32,000 nt of DNA from NCBI RefSeq assembly GCF_000012905.2, contig NC_007494.2, positions 90,001 through 122,000 of the forward strand, written 5' to 3'. The stretch comes from Cereibacter sphaeroides 2.4.1. Lineage in GTDB: Bacteria; Pseudomonadota; Alphaproteobacteria; Rhodobacterales; Rhodobacteraceae. The notes under the pieces were generated by a model. That model had not been told where the DNA came from. It did no database searches and saw nothing but the letters and a program-made list of their open reading frames with translations. A program made the position numbers and the translations under genes. Positions 25,146-32,000 of the stretch are shown here, piece by piece; the stretch's first letter is position 1, and each line of letters opens with the position of its first letter.

Positions 25146-26984
25146 TCACTCCGGCAGGACGCGCACGGCTCCCTTGTCGGCCGAGGAGGCGAACTGCGCA
25201 TAGACCTTCAGCGCCTGCGAGACCTTGCGCTTGCGCGGGCCCGCGGGCTTCCAGCCCTTCGCATCCTGCTCGGCACGGCGGGCGGCCAGCTCGGCCTCCG
25301 GCACGGCCAGCGTGATGGTGCGGTTCGGGATGTCGATCTCGATCCGGTCGCCCTCGCGCACGAGGCCGATGGGGCCGCCCGACGCCGCCTCGGGCGAGGC
25401 ATGGCCGATGGAGAGCCCCGAGGTGCCGCCCGAGAAACGCCCGTCGGTTATGAGCGCACAGGCTTTGCCCAGCCCCTTCGACTTCAGGTAGGAGGTCGGA
25501 TAGAGCATCTCCTGCATGCCGGGGCCGCCCTTCGGGCCCTCGTAGCGGATCACCACCACGTCGCCCGCCTGCACGCCGCCGTTCAGGATGCCGTAGACGG
25601 CCGCGTCCTGGCTCTCGAACACCTTGGCGGGCCCGGCGAAGACGAGGATCGACTCGTCCACGCCCGCCGTTTTCACGATGCAGCCGTCGGGCGCGAGGTT
25701 GCCCTTCAGCACCGCGAGGCCGCCGTCCTTCGAGAAGGGGGTCGCGACCGAGCGGATCACGCCGGTCTCGCGGTCGGTGTCGAGCGTGTCCCAGGTCGAG
25801 GACTGGCTGAAGGCCACCTGCGTGGGCACGCCGCCCGGCGCCGCGAGGAACAGCTCGCGCGCCTCGGGCGCGTTGGAGCGGCCGATGTCCCACTGGTCGA
25901 TGGCGGCGCCGAGGGTCGGCGCATGGACGGTGCGGGTGTCGCGGTGCAGAAGCCCGCCGCGGTCGAGCTCGCCCAGGATCGACATGATGCCGCCCGCGCG
26001 GTGCACGTCCTCGATATGCACGTCCGCCTTGTTCGGCGCGACCTTGCAGAGGCAGGGCACCCGGCGGGAGAGCGCGTCGATGTCGTCCATGGTGAAATCG
26101 ACGCCGCCTTCCTGGGCGGCGGCGAGGATATGGAGCACCGTGTTGGTCGAGCCGCCCATCGCGATGTCGAGCGCCATCGCATTCTCGAACGCTTCCTTGG
26201 TAGCGATGGCGCGCGGCAGGACGCCCTCGTCCTCCTGCTCGTAGTAGCGGCGGCAGAGCTCGACCGCGCGGCGCCCGGCCTCGAGGAAGAGCTCCTTGCG
26301 GTAGGCGTGCGTGGCCAGCGTCGAGCCGTTGCCCGGCAGCGACAGGCCGAGCGCCTCGGTCAGGCAGTTCATCGAGTTGGCGGTGAACATGCCCGAGCAG
26401 GAGCCGCAGGTGGGGCAGGCGGCCTGCTCGATGCGGGTCAGGTCGTCGTCGGACACTTTCTCGTCGGCGGCGGCCACCATCGCGTCGATCAGGTCCATCT
26501 TCACGGTGCGCCCGTCGCCGAGCGTGACCTTGCCCGCCTCCATCGGCCCGCCCGAGACGAAGACCGCGGGGATGTTCAGCCGCATCGCGGCCATCAGCAT
26601 GCCGGGGGTGATCTTGTCGCAGTTCGAGATGCAGACCATCGCGTCGGCGCAATGGGCGTTGACCATGTATTCGACCGAGTCCGCGATGAGCTCGCGCGAG
26701 GGCAGGGAATAGAGCATCCCGTCATGGCCCATGGCGATCCCGTCATCGACGGCGATGGTGTTGAATTCCTTGGCGATGCCGCCTGCGGCCTCGACCTCGC
26801 GCGCCACGAGCTGGCCCAGATCCTTGAGGTGGACGTGGCCCGGCACGAACTGGGTAAAGCTGTTCACGATGGCGATGATCGGCTTGCCGAAGTCGCTGTC
26901 CTTCACGCCGGTCGCGCGCCAGAGGCCACGGGCTCCGGCCATGTTGCGGCCATGCGTGCTGGTGCGGGAACGAAATGCGGGCAT
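25146..26984 (-). CDS. ilvD: Dihydroxy-acid dehydratase
   Basis: 612 aa with unmistakable IlvD sequence ([22 protein letters not shown]..., [68 protein letters not shown]). Confidence 0.97.
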   Translation of the reverse strand: MPAFRSRTSTHGRNMAGARGLWRATGVKDSDFGKPIIAIVNSFTQFVPGHVHLKDLGQLVAREVEAAGGIAKEFNTIAVDDGIAMGHDGMLYSLPSRELIADSVEYMVNAHCADAMVCISNCDKITPGMLMAAMRLNIPAVFVSGGPMEAGKVTLGDGRTVKMDLIDAMVAAADEKVSDDDLTRIEQAACPTCGSCSGMFTANSMNCLTEALGLSLPGNGSTLATHAYRKELFLEAGRRAVELCRRYYEQEDEGVLPRAIATKEAFENAMALDIAMGGSTNTVLHILAAAQEGGVDFTMDDIDALSRRVPCLCKVAPNKADVHIEDVHRAGGIMSILGELDRGGLLHRDTRTVHAPTLGAAIDQWDIGRSNAPEARELFLAAPGGVPTQVAFSQSSTWDTLDTDRETGVIRSVATPFSKDGGLAVLKGNLAPDGCIVKTAGVDESILVFAGPAKVFESQDAAVYGILNGGVQAGDVVVIRYEGPKGGPGMQEMLYPTSYLKSKGLGKACALITDGRFSGGTSGLSIGHASPEAASGGPIGLVREGDRIEIDIPNRTITLAVPEAELAARRAEQDAKGWKPAGPRKRKVSQALKVYAQFASSADKGAVRVLPE

Positions 26985-27222
26985 GTCTGGACCTTCCGGC
27001 TGGCAACTCTCGGGCCAGACGACTGCGCTTTTGGTGCTGAAAAATCAACCCTTCTTTGCGGAAAGCTGCGCAAAGACCGGCCTCGGTGACGTTCGTGTGA
27101 AGGCGGGCGCCCGGCTCCACGCCGGCGGCAGGAGGGCGCCGGACGCCGCGAAAAGAGAAGATCGGCGGTGGACCCGCCCTGCCGCCGCTCTAGCTGGAGG
27201 CTCCCGGAGCAGGAGGAAACCG

Positions 27223-28470
27223 ATGCCCCAGCAGACAACCGCCATGCCGCTCTCGCGGACCCATGCGCAGGATCTCTTTGCGCGGACCCGCGCCATGACG
27301 GCCCGACTGGCCCAGCCGCTCGCGCCCGAGGACATGATGCTGCAGTCGATGGAGGATGCGAGCCCGGCCAAGTGGCATCTCGCCCATACGACCTGGTTCT
27401 TCGAGGAATTCATCCTGAAGCCGCATGCGCCGGGCTACCGTTCGCCCGACGACCGCTTCGCCTTCCTGTTCAACTCCTATTATGTGCAGGCCGGCCCCCG
27501 CCATGCCCGCGCCAAGCGCGGGCTCGTCTCGCGCCCCGGGGTGCAGGCGGTGCTCGACTACCGCGCCCATGTGGACGAGGCGCTCGGGACGCTTCTGGAG
27601 CGGAGCGACGACCCGGAGGTGGCGACGCTGGCCGAGCTCGGCTGCCATCACGAGATGCAGCATCAGGAGCTTCTGGTCACCGACCTGCTCCATGCCTTCT
27701 CCTACAACCCGCTGCTGCCCGCCTACCGCGATCCCGAGCCCATGGCCGTGACCGCCGAGGAGCCGCTCCGCTTCATGCGCCACGAGGGCGGGCTCATGGA
27801 GATCGGCCATGCGGGCGACGGGTTCGCCTACGATTGCGAGGGGCCGCGCCACCGCGTCTGGCTCGATCCCTACGAGATCGCCGAGCGGCCCGTCACCAAC
27901 CGCGACTGGATCGCCTTCATGGAGGCGGGGGGCTACGCCACCCAGACCCTCTGGCTGATGGAGGGCTGGGCCGTGCGCGAGCGCGAGCGCTGGGACGCGC
28001 CGCTCTACTGGTGGCAGCAGGACGGTGTCTGGTGGACCTATACGCTGCGCGGGCCGCAGCCGGTCAATCTCGACGCGCCCGTGTGCCATGTGAGCTATTA
28101 CGAGGCCGAGGCCTTCGCCCGCTGGGCGGGTGCCCGGCTGCCCACGGAAGCCGAGTGGGAGGTGGCCTTCCGCGACCGTCCGCTTGCGGGCAATTTCCTC
28201 GAACAGGGGGCGCTCAGGCCGCTGCCTAGCGGCAGCCCTTGGGGCGATGTCTGGGAATGGACGCAGAGCTCGTTCAGCCCCTATCCCGGCTTCCGCCCGC
28301 CCGAAGGCGCGCTCGGCGAATATAACGGGAAGTTCATGGTCAACCAGTATGTGCTGCGCGGCGGCTCCTGCGCCACGCCCGCGGCCCAGATGCGGCCGAC
28401 CTACCGGACCTTCTTCTATCCGCACCAGAGGTGGCAGATGATGGGCCTCCGGCTCGCGAGGGACGTGTGA
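27223..28470 (+). CDS. egtB: Ergothioneine biosynthesis sulfoxide synthase (hercynine oxygenase; DinB_2 plus FGE-sulfatase domains)
   Basis: 415 aa from ATG 27223 (SD AGGAGGAA). Motifs are SPAKWHLAHTTWFFEEF, ELGCHHEMQHQELL, VSYYEAEAFARWAGARLPTEAEWE and GDVWEWTQSSFSPYPGF. Confidence 0.9.
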   Translation: MPQQTTAMPLSRTHAQDLFARTRAMTARLAQPLAPEDMMLQSMEDASPAKWHLAHTTWFFEEFILKPHAPGYRSPDDRFAFLFNSYYVQAGPRHARAKRGLVSRPGVQAVLDYRAHVDEALGTLLERSDDPEVATLAELGCHHEMQHQELLVTDLLHAFSYNPLLPAYRDPEPMAVTAEEPLRFMRHEGGLMEIGHAGDGFAYDCEGPRHRVWLDPYEIAERPVTNRDWIAFMEAGGYATQTLWLMEGWAVRERERWDAPLYWWQQDGVWWTYTLRGPQPVNLDAPVCHVSYYEAEAFARWAGARLPTEAEWEVAFRDRPLAGNFLEQGALRPLPSGSPWGDVWEWTQSSFSPYPGFRPPEGALGEYNGKFMVNQYVLRGGSCATPAAQMRPTYRTFFYPHQRWQMMGLRLARDV

Positions 28471-29402
28471 TGGACGCGCTTGTCATCCGCAACCCCGAGC
28501 TTCTGGCCGATGCGCTGCGCGGCCTGTCGCAGAGCCCGAAGCGTATGGAGCCGAAATGGTTCTACGATGCCGAGGGCAGCGCGCTCTTCGAGCGCATCAC
28601 GGAGCTGCCGGAATATTACCCGACCCGCACCGAGACCGCGATCCTGACCGCGGGCGCGGACCGTCTGGCCGCCCATGTGCCCGAGGGGGCGGAGCTGGTC
28701 GAACTCGGCAGCGGCGCGAGCGTCAAGACGCGGCTGCTGCTCGACCGTCTGACCGGTCTCTCGGCCTATGTGCCGGTCGACATCTCGGCGAGCTTCCTCA
28801 AGGAGACCGCGCGCGCTCTGGCCCGCGATTATCCCGACCTGCCGATCCATCCCGTCGTGGCCGATTTCACAAAGCCCCTGCGGCTGGCGGATGAGGGACA
28901 CCCGCGCGTGGGCTTCTTCCCCGGCTCGACCCTGGGCAACCTCGACCCCGAAGGGGCACGGGCGCTGATGCGCGGCGTGCGCGACTGGCCGGGCATCCGG
29001 GGCTTCATCGTGGGGATCGATCTCATCAAGGACGAAGACACGCTGGTGCGCGCCTATGACGATGCGGCGGGGGTGACGGCGGCCTTCAACCTCAACCTGC
29101 TGCACCGGATGAACCGCGAGATCGGTGCGGATTTCGACCCGGACCGCTTTGCCCATCGCGCGATCTGGAACGCCGAGAAGGCGCGGATCGAGATGCATCT
29201 GGAAAGCCTCGAGGATCAGGAGGTGCAGATCGGCCCGCGCAGGATCCGCTTCAGGGCGGGCGAGACGATCCACACCGAGAACAGCCACAAGTTCTCGGCC
29301 ACGAGCTTTGCCGAGCGGGCGGCCGAGGCGGGATGGCGGCTGGCCGATTTTCTCACGGACGCCCGGCGGCAGTTCGGCGTGGCGGTACTCGAGCCCGCCT
29401 GA
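28470..29402 (+). CDS. egtD: L-histidine N-alpha-methyltransferase
   Basis: 310 aa. The start overlaps the egtB stop (TGATG). Motifs are EPKWFYDAEGSALFERITELPEYYPTRTE, ELGSGASVKTRLLL and IHTENSHKF. Confidence 0.9.
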   Translation: MDALVIRNPELLADALRGLSQSPKRMEPKWFYDAEGSALFERITELPEYYPTRTETAILTAGADRLAAHVPEGAELVELGSGASVKTRLLLDRLTGLSAYVPVDISASFLKETARALARDYPDLPIHPVVADFTKPLRLADEGHPRVGFFPGSTLGNLDPEGARALMRGVRDWPGIRGFIVGIDLIKDEDTLVRAYDDAAGVTAAFNLNLLHRMNREIGADFDPDRFAHRAIWNAEKARIEMHLESLEDQEVQIGPRRIRFRAGETIHTENSHKFSATSFAERAAEAGWRLADFLTDARRQFGVAVLEPA

Positions 29403-29415
29403 GGGCCCGCCCCTC

Positions 29416-29594
29416 CGCGCGGCGGGCGCTCGGACCGGCCCGCCGAACCGCAGCCGGTAGAAGAACGCTTCCGCCTCGGTCAGAACCCGCTGGCGGCGCA
29501 GACCTGCTTCACGCACCTTCGCGCGGCGGGCGCTCAGACCGGCTCGCCCGCGTGGAGCCGCCCGAGGAAGGCCTCCGCCTCGGTCAGAACCCGC
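29416..29594. repeat. Direct duplication with a 104-bp offset: copy B (29520-29594) is the true cryB 3' end and copy A (29416-29490) is an intergenic relic
   Basis: CGCGCGGCGGGCGCTC[G/A]GACCGGC occurs at 29416 and 29520. TCCGCCTCGGTCAGAACCCGC occurs at 29470 and 29574. The 30-bp middle is about 57% identical by hand alignment. The cryB stop codon (TCA on the plus strand) is TCG in copy A. Confidence 0.85.
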
Positions 29595-31060
29595 GCGCGA
29601 TGGGTCTCCTCCATCCGGTCCCAGGTGCGATACATCTGGACCATGCGGGGGTTGCGCTCGAACCGCGCGCGGTGCCGGTTCAGGAAGTGCCAGTAGAGCA
29701 GGTTGAAGGGGCAGGCGCGGGGTCCCGTCCGGTCCTTCACCGCATAGGCGCAGCCGCGGCAGTAATCCGACATCCGGTCGATATAGGCGCCGGACGAGAC
29801 ATAGGGTTTCGAGCCGAGGAGCCCGTGATCGGCGAACTGGCTCATCCCGATCGTGTTCGGCGCCTCGACCCATTCCAGCGCATCGATATAGACCGAGAGA
29901 TACCATTCGTGCACCTCGGCGGGATCGACGCCCGCCAGCAGCGCGAAATTGCCCGTCACCATCAGCCGCTGGATGTGGTGGGCATAGGCGAGATCGCGGG
30001 TCTGGGCGACCGCGGCGGAGAGGCACGCCATCCGCGTGGGCTTGCCCCAGTAGAGCGGCGGCAGGGCGGCGCTGTGGCCGAGCCCGTTCGAGCGTATGTA
30101 ATCCGGCCCCGAGAGCGTCCAGATCCCCCGCACATACTCCCGCCAGCCGAGGATCTGCCGGATGAAGCCCTCGACCGCGTTCAGCGGCGCGCGGCCCTCG
30201 CGCCACTCGGTCTCGGCGCGGCGGCAGACCTCCATCGGCCCGAGAAGCCCGAGGTTCATCGACGAGGACAGGAGCGCATGGCTCAGGAACGGATCGTCGG
30301 CGAGCATCGCATCCTGCTCGTCGCCGAAGCGCGGCAGGCTTTCGCGGATGAAGTGATCGAGCGCCCGAAGCGCCTCGGCCCGGTCGGTGGCCCAGTGGAA
30401 CGGGCGGAGCCGCCCGAAATGGCGCGGAAAGCGCGCCTCGACGAGGTCGAGTACCGCGCGCACCTCGGCATCGGGCTCGAACCGCAGCGGCCGCGGACGC
30501 AGCAGGTCGGGCGCCGCGGGCTTGCGGTTCTCTGTGTCGAAGTTCCACTTCCCGCCCGCGGGCTCGTCCCCCTCCATCAGGAGGCCGGTCCTGCGGCGCA
30601 TCTCGCGATAGAACCACTCCATGCGCAGCTGCTTGCGTCCCTCGGTCCAGCGGGCGAACTCGTCTGCCGGGCAGAGGAACCGGTCGTCGGGCAGGAAGCG
30701 GACGGGCAGGGGCATGGCCTCGAGCGCTTCGATCAGCCGCCAGTCGCCGGGCCGGGTCGCGACCGCCTCGCGGGCGCCGGTCTCTGCGGCCCGCCGCAGG
30801 AGCTCGGCCCCGATCGAGGGTCCGGTGTCGGGATCGTCCAGCCGGGAATAGGCCACGCGGAAGCCGCGTTCCTGCAGGCGGCGGGCGAACTTGCGCATGG
30901 CGGCCAGGATCAGGGCGATCTTCTGCGGATGGTGCGGGACATAGGTGCCCTCCTCCATCACCTCGGCCATGACCACGAGATCTGCGGCCGGATCCGCCGC
31001 CCGCAGCGCCGGAAGATCGTCGCTGAGCTGGTCGCCCAGCACGAGGATGAGCCGTGTCAC
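29534..31060 (-). CDS. cryB: Fe-S cluster-containing cryptochrome/photolyase-family protein (FeS-BCP; CryB / PhrB (6-4) photolyase type)
   Basis: 508 aa. It is colinear with what I remember of R. sphaeroides CryB and A. tumefaciens PhrB: MTRLILVLGDQLS, GGKWNFDTENR, APLNAVEGFIRQILGWREY, AYAHHIQRLMVTGNFALLAG, IGMSQFADHG, and the Cys cluster MSDYCRGCAY...ACPFNLLYW. Confidence 0.92.
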   Translation of the reverse strand: MTRLILVLGDQLSDDLPALRAADPAADLVVMAEVMEEGTYVPHHPQKIALILAAMRKFARRLQERGFRVAYSRLDDPDTGPSIGAELLRRAAETGAREAVATRPGDWRLIEALEAMPLPVRFLPDDRFLCPADEFARWTEGRKQLRMEWFYREMRRRTGLLMEGDEPAGGKWNFDTENRKPAAPDLLRPRPLRFEPDAEVRAVLDLVEARFPRHFGRLRPFHWATDRAEALRALDHFIRESLPRFGDEQDAMLADDPFLSHALLSSSMNLGLLGPMEVCRRAETEWREGRAPLNAVEGFIRQILGWREYVRGIWTLSGPDYIRSNGLGHSAALPPLYWGKPTRMACLSAAVAQTRDLAYAHHIQRLMVTGNFALLAGVDPAEVHEWYLSVYIDALEWVEAPNTIGMSQFADHGLLGSKPYVSSGAYIDRMSDYCRGCAYAVKDRTGPRACPFNLLYWHFLNRHRARFERNPRMVQMYRTWDRMEETHRARVLTEAEAFLGRLHAGEPV

Positions 31061-31166
31061 GTCCTGTCCGCCCTCCGAGGGCGGATGCGCGCGCCCCAGG
31101 CCGGAAAGGCTAGGGGCCGCGGGGGACGGGTCAAGGCCGCCTGTCGTCAGGGACGGGCGCGGGGCC

Positions 31167-31451
31167 TCAGGGTCGGCTCCAGTCGAGCCCGGTGAAGCCC
31201 TCGCGGAAGGCGAAGGTCACGAGGTGGGAATCGATCACGAAGCGCGCCTGGATCAGGCCCTTGGCATCCTCGGCCTCGACCTGCACCGTCAGCCCGTCCG
31301 CGTCCGCCCGAAGGACCGCCGGGCCGGGGGGCAGGGCGCAGTGGCCCTCGGTTTCGTCGAAGCGGACCTCCACCTTGTGGGCGAAATGCTTGCAGAGCTG
31401 CTGGAGATATTTCGAGGCGTTGGGCGTCTCAAGGCGGGCAGTCGAGATCAT
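31167..31451 (-). CDS. DUF2218-domain protein (commonly next to iron-siderophore transport genes)
   Basis: 94 aa from ATG 31451. The sequence MISTARLETPNASKYLQQLCKHFAHKVEV... matches the DUF2218 pattern as I remember it. The upstream extension to 31550 is unsupported. Confidence 0.7.
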   Translation of the reverse strand: MISTARLETPNASKYLQQLCKHFAHKVEVRFDETEGHCALPPGPAVLRADADGLTVQVEAEDAKGLIQARFVIDSHLVTFAFREGFTGLDWSRP

Positions 31452-31579
31452 GCAGTATTCCTGAGTTTTTCTATCTGGTACGGGCTGGACCGGCCGGACG
31501 CAAGCGCCTATGCCTTCCGGCAGAGCGTGAAGCCATGTGCCGAGCCACACGCCGGACCCCGAAACAGGAGATCGACCCA

Positions 31580-32000
31580 GTGATCCGCTTCGCCTCCGGC
31601 CTGCTTGCGGGCCTCTTCCTTGCCCTGCCCGCCGTGGCCGAAACCACCATCGACACCGCCCGCGGGCCGGTCTCTGTCGCAGCCGTTCCCGAGACCGTGG
31701 CCGTCTACGACGTGGCCGCGCTCGACACGCTGGTGGCCCTGGGCATCACGCCCGCCGGCACGCCCGAGCGCGTGCTCGTGCCCTATCTTCAGGAGACGGC
31801 GAAGGAGGCGGCGCCGGTCGGCACGCTCTTCGAGCCCGATCTCGAGGCGCTGTCGATGCTCGCGCCGGATCTGGTGATCGCGGGCGGACGGTCGGCCCCG
31901 CAGATCGCGCAGATCGAGCGGGTGGCGCCCACGCTCGACATGACCATCGGGCCGGATCTGCTGACCGACGCCCGCGCGCGCCTTCAGGCCTATGGCAGGC
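31580..32000 (+). CDS. Iron-siderophore-type ABC transporter periplasmic substrate-binding protein; the 3' end lies outside the window
   Basis: My own translation starts at GTG 31580 (SD AGGAG at 31566-31570). The signal peptide is IRFASGLLAGLFLALPAVA. VAVYDVAALDTLVALGI...FEPDLEALSMLAPDLVIAGGR is typical of cluster-A/FatB-like binding proteins. The ORF runs open to the window end. Confidence 0.75.
   Translation, partial: MIRFASGLLAGLFLALPAVAETTIDTARGPVSVAAVPETVAVYDVAALDTLVALGITPAGTPERVLVPYLQETAKEAAPVGTLFEPDLEALSMLAPDLVIAGGRSAPQIAQIERVAPTLDMTIGPDLLTDARARLQAYGR

Noticed and set aside
24963-27089. Very long ORFs antisense to or overlapping the called genes. Examples are 24963-27089 (+, 708 aa, opposite ilvD), 5192-7042 (+, 616 aa, opposite the TonB receptor), 18923-21541 (-, 872 aa), 28416-30617 (-, 733 aa), 29333-31195 (+, 620 aa), 22369-24069 (+, 566 aa), 1039-2628 (-, 529 aa) and 12959-14569 (-, 536 aa).
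   Set aside because: Their translations are Arg/Gly/Pro/Ala-rich low-complexity sequence with no family resemblance. In each case the opposite or alternative frame encodes an unmistakable conserved protein. Stop-codon depletion at about 70% GC produces such shadow ORFs routinely.
31452-31579. An iron-responsive operator (Fur/Irr/RirA-type) in the divergent promoter between the DUF2218 gene and the siderophore-binding-protein gene (AT-rich patch ATTCCTGAGTTTTTCTATCTGGTAC).
   Set aside because: This is plausible from context, but I cannot match it by eye to a consensus I remember reliably, and it shares no obvious motif with the TonB-receptor upstream region. Evidence is insufficient to report it as a feature.
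1-32000. Mobile genetic element, prophage, integrative island or defence system (restriction-modification, toxin-antitoxin, CBASS, retron-like and similar).
   Set aside because: There is no integrase, transposase, recombinase, nuclease/helicase/methylase pair, tRNA attachment site, flanking direct repeats or large compositional shift. All recognisable genes are metabolic, transport, envelope or regulatory.

Overview
High-GC (roughly 68-70% by eye) alphaproteobacterial chromosomal segment. The gene content (CryB-type Fe-S cryptochrome/photolyase, BciA 8-vinyl reductase, proXWV, egtBD, ilvD) fits a purple non-sulfur Rhodobacter/Cereibacter sphaeroides-like genome best. That assignment is inference from protein sequences I recognise; no search was run. 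I can support 29 protein-coding genes, tightly packed on both strands (first and last truncated by the window edges), plus several hairpins, candidate operators and three repeat structures. I saw no rRNA, tRNA, CRISPR array, transposase, integrase, phage or recognisable defence genes, so this reads as ordinary metabolic, transport and regulatory chromosome rather than an accessory island. Nothing here can honestly be called a clearly novel system. The items most worth a second look are listed below. (1) A tightly coupled four-gene cassette at 11328-14377 encoding a hexapeptide acyltransferase, a dedicated ACP, an SDR and an adenylate-forming ligase, with no acceptor pathway nearby. (2) A translationally coupled pair at 16850-18861: a membrane coiled-coil protein and a membrane-tethered ClpP-fold protein that appears to keep the Ser/His catalytic positions. 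(3) A C/T-rich phased repeat array between a DeoR regulator and an MFS gene (15309-15577). (4) A structured tandem repeat of about 93 bp downstream of ilvD and the L,D-transpeptidase gene (24827-25012). (5) A 104-bp-offset relic duplication of the cryB 3' end (29416-29594). (6) Two unusually long non-coding regions (6899-7406 and 10472-11327). All long Arg/Gly/Pro/Ala-rich ORFs antisense to the called genes are treated as high-GC artefacts.
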